Assembly (NCBI RefSeq): GCF_964355755.1 | Contig: NC_092672.1 | Location: 25,550,437-25,614,436 of the forward strand | Reading direction: 5' to 3' | Length of the DNA: 64,000 nucleotides | DNA from: Antedon mediterranea | Lineage: Eukaryota; Animalia; Echinodermata | Shown here: positions 24,901 through 36,900 of the stretch, piece after piece | How positions within the stretch are numbered: position 1 is the first letter of the stretch | Layout of the letters: every line of letters begins with the position of its first letter | Notes under the pieces: model-generated | The model's input: the letters and a program-made list of their open reading frames with translations, nothing else | What the model was told of the DNA's origin: nothing | The model's database searches: none | Made by a program: the position numbers and the translations under genes

Positions 24901-27900
24901 GTAAGTTTTGATATATTTTTATGAATGTTTTTTAATTTATTGCTCTAAATAAAAAGCAGAACCATATATATGTAAAACAGGTGCATTATCTATTACCTGA
25001 TATGTTTTATCCTGTATAAATATGTTTTTAAATATAAATATAATAAAAATTGTTTAACAAATGGAAATGTGTAAAAAAAAATTGTTTCTTAAACTGTACA
25101 GAGAAAAACCAATTAAATAACATACTTGCCAGTTGTCTCAAAATGAACTGAGAGAGGAAGACTTGCTGCATCTGAGAACGACAAAATAGCCTGGTAGAAA
25201 AAATAAACATTATGAAAAAAAACACTGATAAAGTACTTTTAAATATGATTGCTTTGGCAATATTAGGTCTTAGTTTGTCACAAAAGGCCACAAATACATT
25301 GTCTCAATGTATTTTTCTCCTTTCGAAGATCTTTCCCAGGATAAATTCCCTGATATTTCATTTTTCCTAGTTGTAACCTCTAAATGTCATAGTTCAGAGT
25401 TGGTTCTAGCCAGATGGAGTAAGTTTGATTGACACAACCACTGTAATATACATTATAAATGTAGCCTTACCCTCAGTTCCTTTAGACAGAATGTGACCTC
25501 TGTGTCAACGCCAATGCAGTACTCCTGAAACTCTTCTGGATTCAAACTCATTTCTGTGTGCATGACTTTGCTAGGGTCTGAATGCATGAAAAATTAAAGT
25601 ATTCTATACAAAAGAATATTTTGAGTATATTGACAAATAAAACAGAAGACGTATACTATTTGAGATTGTCAAATGGAGAGTTTTTGTGGACTAATTTAAA
25701 AAAAAAAATTCGGCAAATACTTTTAAAGTACTATATGTACACAGACACACAAACTGGAGTGAAATGTAATAGACAGACAAAAATGATAAAACCATGGGCT
25801 GAGCTATACCTGGTTCGTCGTCAACATAGTTCTTAAAACTAATAAGCTGAGGATTGACGTTTAGTGATATTTCTTCAAGAGACGTCTGAAAATTCATGAC
25901 TGTATCACTCCAAATCCTGCAACGATACAAGAAACAATTATTAGCATACCGTAAATCTTCTAATAGTAACCCACACTCTAATAGTAACCCACCTTTAAGT
26001 CAATCTATAATAATAACCCACACTCTAATAATAACCCATGGGGTTAATAACCCAGGTATTGAACATTTTCGAATATCAATTACAGTACTCCAGTAAAGTA
26101 CAAATACTGTAGAAGCTGAAGATCAGTGATATCACTGCGAAGTATCTTTGCGCCAGTTAAAGATATATTGTCCGTGTGAAAAAATATTTTGTTTTTATGT
26201 TGGTGAACATGTCATTTTAATGTTACATAATAGTTATTCATTTTTACTAAACAAAAAATAGTCAAAATGTCAATGGGTTTTTGGCTAAATTTTATTTTGT
26301 ATTTTTATAAGTGAAAACATTATTTTTTGATTTTTTTGTTTTCTACAGAAGTGATTAACTTTACTAAAACTGTGAAATGGCCTATTTAAAGTCTTTTTTT
26401 TTAATAATCTTAATTGTTCATGTTTTTGGGGGATCTTTAATCAATCAGATGTTTGCCCTACTTTGTTACTACTAGGGATGAAAAAAATACTGTATAGGCG
26501 AAAAGTGCAGGCCATGAGAAAAAAAAAATTACTTTGAGTTGGCTATTATTTTATTTGGAGATAAATCTTTGGAGAAAACTGCCTGTAACGTCTCTGTTTC
26601 CTGATAGGTGAGGTTGTGGGTTTTGACAATTCCTGTAAGAAATAAACATGCATGAGAGATGACTTTCAGAAAATTTTGTTTGGAATATCTTTAAATAAAT
26701 AAAGCAAATTGATTCATTATCCTTCTTAAAATGGTAATCTTGTTCACAAGACAAACATATACAAAATGCTCTACTAAAAGCTAGTCTTTTTTATACTAGT
26801 AATTTGTCATGAGAAAAAACCCTGACATGACAAAACCCTTGGATTGGTAGGCGAGCTATAACCATCCACATGGATATTGCATTTACCAACGAGCTGCGAG
26901 TTTTATAAAAAAACAATGTTCAATACGTGAACTCCAATGTTAGATTGCATTTTGTGGTGGGAATAGAGACAGAGTGATACATAGAGTAGGCCATCCAAGT
27001 TTTTAATATACTGGTGACTTTCAATGACCTTTTCAGCCAGAAAGCGCCATCTCCAATTATTCTACTCCTCGTCCAAAATTGTAGTGTTGCCTTTAAAGGA
27101 TGGTTTACGACCTGTGGCTTAATAATAATAAATAATAATAATAATAATGCAAATTTGCAATGCGCAAATTCCAGCAGTAAGTGATCAAAGGCACGATGTA
27201 TGAGAGAGCTTAATTTGAAAGAAAAAGATGAGTTTTCAAAGCAGATTTAAAGGCGGTAGTAGAAGAACATGATCTAATTGAGGCAGGTAGGTCATTCCAT
27301 AAGCAAGAGGCAGCAGAAGTAAAGGTGCTTAGGCCAAGTCGGAATGGAAAGGAGATTTTTTAAAGACGTTAAAAGAAGGTGTGTTATAAAACAAATAATA
27401 ATATGTTTGATATTCGTAAAATGGAACAAATAAAAAGATGAAATGTTCTATTTTCACCTCATTATTTGTACCATTGCACTCAATCCATTAGTCACTTCAG
27501 TAAATGAGTGAGTATTATTTGTACCATTGCACTCAATCCATTAGTCACTTCAGTAAATGAGTGAGTATTATTTGTACCATTGCACTCAATCCATTAGTCG
27601 CTTCAGTAAATGAGTGAGTATTATTTGTACCATTGCACTCAATCCATTAGTCACTTCAGTAAATGAGTGAGTATTAGTTGTACCATTGCACTCAATCCAT
27701 TAGTCACTTCAGTAAATGAGTATTATTTGTACCATTGCACTCAATCCATTAGTCACTTCAGTAAATGAGTAAGTACATAATTACCTAGTCTGGACTCCAG
27801 ACGGAGTTTTTTCTTAATATTAGTAAAAATATAAATATTTTTGCACATATGGCGTTTCATACGTGTATTACTTGAGTTTGGATACTCCGTCTGGGGAAAC

Positions 27901-30900
27901 ACGCAAAAGTCACGTGGTTTGACACCAAGAATTCTTGGTGCATAGATTATCCGGTTGAATAGGTTCAGCTGCATGCGATTGGCTACTCACTCGTACACTG
28001 TTTTAATGTTCATATTTCAGAATTTCAAAGACTCAACAACTAAGATGGTACGCATGCGCTATGTAACGTTTAGACAATGTGTACTTGGGTACATTGATGA
28101 AAGTTTCTGAAGGCTAGAAAGGATTTTATATGGATCATTTAATCAGGGAGATGTAATTTACATCTCCCTGATTTAATATTACGCGGAGATAATTTGATTT
28201 AATTCCCACCCAGACCCCGTCCTGTTCAATTCTGTGTAGTGGTGTATAGCCCTGTCTGTTGTGTGTGAATCCTGTTGTGTGCCGGTGGTGGTATTATGTA
28301 GGCCTACCTTATTGGCGTTTTATTTGGCAGGTCATACTTGCGAGTTGAGTAGGACCTACGAAGGAGGCCTAGGCTAATGACTAAACAATTAATAAGCAAA
28401 ACAACTTGGCAACACGATTTCATATTTTAACAGTCTCGATCGTACATTCAGCACTGTACGTAGGCCTACTCGATCTTTTTCATTTTTAAACAAAATGATC
28501 ATTGGTTGATTCGAAATCCATATTTACATACCGCCCGCCCCATATAGCCAAATACGGTATGATAACCTACGTCATTCTTATCGGATGTTTGCGGTCTGCA
28601 AATCGATTTCTATACGTGTTTCACAAGTCTGTATTTTCAGACAAAAATCGCGGTCGAAATAAAAACAAATAAATAAAAAAAAAACAATACAGACTTGGGG
28701 CAAGTCTAATAATTACCATGTTTACAGTACAACTGGAACACCATCCTGGCTTCCTGTGTATTTAGCTGTATTTTACATCTATAAACACTCTTCTCAATGT
28801 GGCTTAGAGACTTGAACACGGCGAAGCATGACTATGAAAAAGGCAACACATTATTGAACAATGCTAATGAATTAAATTGTAAATGTTGGCCTTTGAATTA
28901 TTCTTTCTTTGTTTCCTTATTGTAGCACAAGCAGAATTGCAAATATAGATTCACAATAGTGAAAAGAGAAATCTATCACAATATATTACAAGAAATAATA
29001 ATTTAAGATTTTAATTCATCACAAAACCAGGTGATCTAAATTAAAGGTGATTATTATTAAAGATAATTTTTCCGAAAATGTAATTAAAAATAATATGCTG
29101 ATTGTTTCAGCAACAACGTAATTGGAATTTAGAGTTCATGATCATGCACAGTATGGTACAGTAAGAACAAAAAATTGTGCTATAAAGCATGCATGCAAAG
29201 ACATTAAAGAATAGAAAAATCTTTTAGTAGCATTAATCTAAATACCAATATTGTATCACATTTTTATTTGTAAATAGTAGTAGAATTCATTGACTACCAT
29301 AATCTACAATTTATTAAGCATTTTGATATAATTTTGTCTGTATTTTTTCATATTGGAATATTATTTGATCATAAGATACCCTTGTTAAAAACAAACACCC
29401 TCCCCCAAATAAACGCCTCCCTCGAATCAAATTAACACTAAAAACCATCACAAACAATACACGCCCCAGGGAATTTATTCGAATAAATATGTTATACAAC
29501 CTTCATTGTTATCCGACATCTGAAGGCATCCTCTTCATCATCCTCCGAGTCAGATGGTCGATTTCCAGATCCATCATCATATTCAGAGAAGAAATTTGGA
29601 GAAAAGATGAAGCAAGCATATGCTGAACGTGATGTGTTTACAGTACGCAGAGCAAGCTGTGAAATGATCAACGAAATTATTAATATACAAATACACTTTT
29701 TTTTTTAATTTGTGGTATCATCTGAAAATAATAATGTCAAGCAGGTTGTTTTTGCTTATTTTTGTTGTTTTCGCTAATTTTTTTTGTCTTTTTAAAGATT
29801 TATAAATTCTTTTTTTATAGAATTTCACAATTTGGTACAGTAGATTGCATATAATTATAGTACACTGTCTTAATTCATTGTACACTGTAACTATAAGACT
29901 GCTACACACTAGGACACTAACAATCTATAGTATTGACAATAAATTATATGTAACACACATTTTTCTTTCATAAAACAAAAGAAATTTAAAAAGTTTCCAT
30001 TCTAGAACTACAGTATAAAGGAATAACCATTTATGCTGTCTTTGATGAATTGAAAATGATGTCATGATCAACAAGAACACAATAACATCGTTGTATCGTC
30101 ATGATCATATTGCTTTTACTAATCATGATGTCATCCAATTGGACGTGTGAAACTATTATTTTATTTTACGATGAACACCGTTACGATTTATTTTGTTTTC
30201 TGTATAAAAATATAAATTAAAAATAGGAATTTATCGCCGATCGTTATCATTCAAGGGCCTTAAAAAGGTTTAATTGTAATATTGTTTGGGGTACAGTAAT
30301 TGTGGTTTTTCTAGAATGTTGATAGATACGTGTGGTATGGTAAAACTTGTACATTTCTTGTGTTTGCATTTTAACATTACTGTCTGTATACCAGTATCAA
30401 GAAGAATTTAAATAAAAACAAGAAAGAAAAGGCAAAGAAGAAATTAAAAAGGCTAACTTACTCCTTGCTCTAATGGCTCAATGTACAGTTCATCTCCAAT
30501 CCTTGCTAAACAGTGGATTGCTCTGCCAAATACTGCAATTTAATTAAACATTATTTATTTAATTGTAAAAATCTGTACTGAAAAAGGCTCAAATGCAAAT
30601 ATGTATTAAGGCTAAATTTAAAAATGAGCGGCAACGTTAAAAAAAATATAGAATCTATGTTATTCCTTTTTCCGCTCAGGATAGATACAGATTTCATGTG
30701 GGACAAGTTACATGGTTTTTCGTTACCGTTATCACTCATCTGTGTATGGCCTGTAAACTATTGTAGCATGCTGTATTGTGAAATACTGGATTATTTGCCT
30801 ATCTACAGTTGTACCACCATTTTCAAAATTGTAAAATGTTGTATTTAATTTTGTTACAATGAATTTTGCTGACCGCATACATTGCATATTTATAATAAGC

Positions 30901-33900
30901 ATTTAGCCTACCATTACCAGACGTATATAATAGTTTAAACTTTCTTTCAATCCTTTGTGTACAAATGGATTTAAAACATAAAAAACGATACTTCAATTGC
31001 AATTCTTGCATATTATTTGACAAGACCCAAGGCCCATGATGAATGACAAAAATGACATGTTTTTTTTTGTTAATGTAGGCCTATGACTAGCCTAGTAAGC
31101 CAGGCCTACTAGTAAGCCTACAGTAGGAATAGCGCTTGAAAACGGTCGCGATAAAATCAACATCCGGTATTTTGTATGGAGTACCACTAGATACGCTTTT
31201 TATCATTATTAGTTACGTTTGATATCGGTGGCATTTTATTTTGGTCACGCTAATGTGTATGGTGCGCACTAGATACATTTTTAATGAAAACGCTCATTAT
31301 GTTAATTTTAGTTACTTTTTAATATAGAATTTCTATTAATGCTATTGACCTCGTAGTGTAGGCTGGTATGTCGTTTATATTTTTTGTTAAAAGCAAACTT
31401 TGACTTTATTTCATATCTTGATAATATAAGGAACGAAAAAAAATATGTTGCCATTTTTTCCAAAGACATTTAAAGGACCAAATTCAAGATGGCCGCCAAC
31501 ATTCAAATAACCCTATTAAAAATCAGAATATCACCAATAATACAAATTATGAATGTGGAACAAGTCCGTTTTGATGGTATTACTGTACCCATTATACAAC
31601 AATCCTAACTATGTAAAGCGATAATCTGTCAGCCATCTTGGATTTCAAAATGGCCGCCACTAAAAATTAAATTCTTTAAATAATTTTTTTTAAATATGTG
31701 TGCATAAATTGTTGTTTGTACACAATGTTCTAAAATTGTCACTTCTCACATGATTGTAAATTGTAAATACTAGATGGCACGCTCGCTTCGCTCGCGTACC
31801 ATCTAGGGGTGCTCACAGATGGTTCTCGAATACAGTAGAATCCACGGACGGGGACTTTTTTGGGACACTAAACAAAAACGGAAGTGTCCCCCTAATTGGG
31901 GTATTCAGAAATAGAGACAACAAAACCAATACTGGATTCCATAAAGGACAATTAATTTATGTGGATTAAAGAAATTAGGGAGAAATGGAAATGTATGTAC
32001 GGGAATTGGGCGGCGGCACGTGGTGGTGGTGATGGAACCGCAGTAATAAAGTTGATTGTATTTATATATTATAAGAACCAAACTAAATAAATAGACCTAG
32101 ACATTCTGCGAAATGGAAATCGGAAATTCAAGCTCCTATTCAGTGAAAAATTAAACTGTAGTCTACCTAAATATTTAGGGCAAATCATCGGTTGTTATGG
32201 AACGCCGTTTACGCAACATTTCGATGATATGAATTTTATGACGTGATATGTGAATGAAATGCATCGATATGAATTGAATGGCGTGATATATGAATGAAAT
32301 GTTTTGAATTGAATGCTTTGAATTGAATGTTTTGAATGAAATGTTTTGAATGAAATGTTTTGAATTGAATGTTTTGAATAAAATGTTTTGAATGAAATGT
32401 TTTGAATGAAATGTTTTGAATGAAATGTTTTGAATGAAATGTTTGAATTGAATTGAAAAGTCAAACTATTGGCGGCGTATGTCATTCCCGCTCGCGATTT
32501 TTTTTCAACCTCTTAATAGGCCTAAGCATGGGTACCCTCATTTCCTTTCAACGCTGTCATCAATATGAATCCTTTACAGAGACTCCCTAACAGACCTGAA
32601 ACATTGGAATACATATTTCCGAACCCAGGTCTGTTAGGATTCTCTGTAAAGGCAGCGTGGAAGAAAGGAGATGAGGGTACCCAGGCTTAGGCCTAAGAGG
32701 TTGAGAAAATAATCGCGAGCGAGAATGACATACGCCACCAATAGTTTGACTTTTCAATTCAATTCAAACATTTCATTCAAAACATTTCATTCAAAACATT
32801 TCATTTAAAACATTTAATTCAAAACATTTCATTCAAAACATTTCATTCAAAACATTTCATTCAAAACATTTCATTCAAAATATTCAATTCAAAGCATTCA
32901 ATTCAAAACATTTCATTCATATATCGCACCATTTAATTCATATCGATGCATTTCATTCACATATCGCGTCATAAAATTCATATCATCGAAATGTTGCGTA
33001 AACGGCGTTCCATAGGTTGTGGTGTTGAACTTCCTGTAAACATTTGTGTGAACCAAACTGGGTCGAATTTCTGTCATGAGTACTGATTTGTTGGCCTGTG
33101 ATTTATGACGCCTAAGGGATCTATCTAGACTTATTTTTTAGAATAATGTACGTACCTGTCAGATACAATTGTCTTGTGTCGTATAATAAATAAGTACTGT
33201 AATAGTTACTGAAGTTACTATTACAATCTCGTCAATGAAAACACGAAAATGTATATGCACTTACTTATGAAAACGTATACAGTATTACTCAGTTATTGAA
33301 ACAGTAGGTTTAAAAAAGTTTCGTTTGTCTGTAAAATGATGTAATCAAGCTGTTTACATGAGTCTTAATTTATAAGCACATCAATAATAAAATAGTTTAT
33401 CTATCCTGTAATTGGCAAGATTATGGTCGCTGTTGAATGAAATAAAGCCAATCGGTATCATATTTGTACAGAAACGTTTTCGCGGCCGAAGGGTGTAACC
33501 TAAATTCGTTGTATTATCGTCAAGAACTAACTGTAACTAAACTTACATAGAAAGTAGGGTATCATAAATTTGGCCTTAGCACTCGGGGGAGTGGCTAAGA
33601 TGAAGTCCGTGGGACTACTAAATATAAATTGTAATGAACCTCGAGGGACATAAATAGGAATATTTCATGTTTCATTATCAATGTATAATAAATGGAAACT
33701 GTTTACCGATTCAAATAATAGAAATTGGTTTTTAACATTTTCCGAACCTATTGTAAGTTTATTCTCAAAGGGCCCATATATTTACCTACCGTATGTGTTA
33801 AACCAAGGCCTCATAAATTTACCTACAGTACTTGTGTTAAACCAAACTGGATGTTCCATTCATCGCAAATCAATACATTTGTATAATCGTATATTAAATC

Positions 33901-36900
33901 TATCAAAATAGTATTTTTTAAAGAAAACCGGCCTGTCTTCAACATTATGATGGTGTACTCTAGCTGTTCAACCGGTTTTCAGCTATTAAAAACAATTATC
34001 GTAGGAGGAGATAGGAAAATGCGAAGCCTCCTCGCTATGTAACATTAGGGTTGAGGGATGGGAAAGCGGATAGGTACAAAGAGGAACAATTTTTAAATAT
34101 ATTCTTTATCCACTGAGTAACGAAATATTTTGTTCATGTTTTATAGGCCTATAAATAATATACCTCTAAATACAGTAGGCCTAAAACATTTGCGATTTAA
34201 TACTTTGTTAAAACTGTCACTGTCATAATCGATTGAAATATTAAAGTACATGTCACGATACACCACTACGACGTTTATATTTTTGGTAATTATTAATTAA
34301 TACAAACGTTGAGAAGGAACTGTCAGTATAAAGTTTATTTGTATATCTAACAGTAGAGCCTATCCACAGTCTCAGTAATAAAGTTTATTTGTATATATTT
34401 TTATATTACATCTAAACAGTACGAACATTCACAGTAAGAAATGTTCGATTCAAATGAAAAATAGTTAATAGGTATTTACAGTATTGTCAAAGTATTGCAA
34501 GTTTATTCTCAAAGGGCCCATATATTTACCTACCGTATGTGTTAAACCAAGGGCTCATAAATTTACCTACAGTACTTGTGTTAAACCAAACTCTGGCAGA
34601 CTGAGAGATTGGGATGTTCCATTCATCGCAAATCAATACATTTGTATAATCGTATATTAAATCTATCAAAATAGTATTTTTTAAAGAAAATCGGCCTGTC
34701 TTCAACATTATGATGGTGTACTCTAGCTGTTCAACCGGTTTTCAGCTATTAAAAACAATTATCGTAGGAGGAGATAGAAAAATGCGAAGCCTCCTCGCAT
34801 TTTTTTGGCGGGTATTTTTCAAGATGGACATCCATTAGACAGTGTATACCACGATCGGAAAACACCCCTATTTGGGGCAAATCTTTGAACCTAAATTCGT
34901 TTTAATCGTCAATAACTAATTATCTAACTCAATTTAATTAGTAAACAGGGTTACATCAGGCGGTTAAAATCAGTACCGAAAGTACGAACCAACTTTACAT
35001 ACCATCGAGTGAAAATTCTAGAAGTAAGGCGCGATTTACCGAATTTTGCCCTTACGTAAATTTATATATAGATAAGGCTAAAGTTGTCAATGTCCTCTAT
35101 ATAACAGTATATATAATACCCCACTATGACTATTAAATTAAATAATCGTTCAAAGTTGGAGTTGCAAAAGTATGGAACAACTTAACAATTTATATCAAAT
35201 ATTCAACAACAATTACGTTTAACTAGAGGGTTAGACCTCTAGTTCGCTCGCTCCCCTCTAGGAAGTGTAAACGAAGGTTCTCGGAATGATAATGACTCGG
35301 GTAAAAAGGTTTTAGAAGGACGTTCTCCTTGTACGTTTTCTGTCGGTTACCATTATTGAAAATGCTTGACATTCGAAAAACTAAACCTACTCTGTTTCAC
35401 AGTGTCTTAGATGATTAATAACATTTTAAAGTATAGTGTTTATTGTTTTATAGGGCGGAGGTGGGGAGGCAGAGTTCATTTGAGGGAGATGCTTATTCGA
35501 GGGATTTTTTAGTTTTAATAATATCGTAACATATATAATCAAATAAAATCCTCTCATAGATATGAAAAGTGGTAAAAAATTATAACAAATGCTTGGTAAA
35601 TTATAGTTAACAGTGTAATGAATTCTATTATAAATAGTATATACAATATTGTGTGTATAATTAATGTGGATGGGCGTTTATTAGATAGGTAGGGGGGGGG
35701 GGGGGGGGGGTGTAGGCGATTATTATTCAAAGTGATGTTTTATTGGTGAGGCGTTTATTCAAATAAATACCATCATAATACATTATTTAACTTAAACATC
35801 TTTTGAAACTAACTTCCGCGACAGTGTAGGCCGTTTCGGCCCAAGAAGGAAGATGTTTTAGACGGCTTGCAACATGGGCCCTAATGGGACACAGATAGCC
35901 TACAGTTATTCCTGCCAGCTTACTCAATAAAACTCGGCTATCGGGATTTTATTTTTTAACTACTGTACCTTCACACGCGCGGTCCAATCCGAAAATAAAA
36001 AAAAAAATAAAATAGCTATAGCCACTAACGACCACCTTAACTGAAACCAGGTAGTTGCAAGGTGAACCTGTGAACTCATCGTGAACCCGGAAATTACTTT
36101 GACTGCGTACAATTGAAATTGAGTTGAAAATCTACCGATGAATCAGAAATTTTGTTTTAAAACTCTTTATAATATGTTCCTAAGATAGAAATATGGAACA
36201 ATATCGTAATAATGAAAACTGTTTTACATTTTGCGGTTCACCTGAGATAGTTCAGGTAGGTATCCAAGGCAGAAATTTGTTCCAAAGTTTTTCCATTGTG
36301 CACGCCTATGTCAGAATTAACCATAGATTCTAAATTACAGATCTCATTTCTTTTCATGAAACTGAAACTTGACAGGAGACAGGACCACAATATAAAACTA
36401 GTGCATTTATACCTTATTGTGAAATCCTGTATAAATATGTTAAATAATAAATGCGTTATTGCTATGTAATTCAATGTCTGAACCTTCAGGGCCATAGTCA
36501 CCAGTATGGTTGGTAAGTTTTCAAGCTGTCAACTTTTGGCAGAAGCTTGAAGAAAATACAGATACAGCTCTGCCTATAAATAACCTTGTAAATGAATGAA
36601 CTCCTACTTCTCACCTTCTACAATCTCAACCAATTTCATTAGATATGAACCCCCTACAGACAGACCAGCATTATACACTCGTTTGATGAGTGCACATGGT
36701 TGTGGTATAAAAACTCATGTACTACTACTAGGGAAAGACAAAAATGCCTGGTGATGACTCTTTCCCGAGATGACTGGAGGTGGACAGAGATGACATCAAA
36801 AAGCAATTATTATGTCGACCCGGTGAACTATATGGCTTTTGGACATGTAGCATTGTGAAAAAAGTGTTGAGGCAAGTGCTTTTGTGAACTTGTATTACCT

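Noticed and set aside
27462-27770. Second CRISPR-like repeat array
   Set aside because: Head-to-tail near-identical units without spacers, derived from a TE arm.
32195-32485. 96-aa ORF with repeated FKTFHSKH
   Set aside because: Translation of a 14-bp tandem array within the foldback element.
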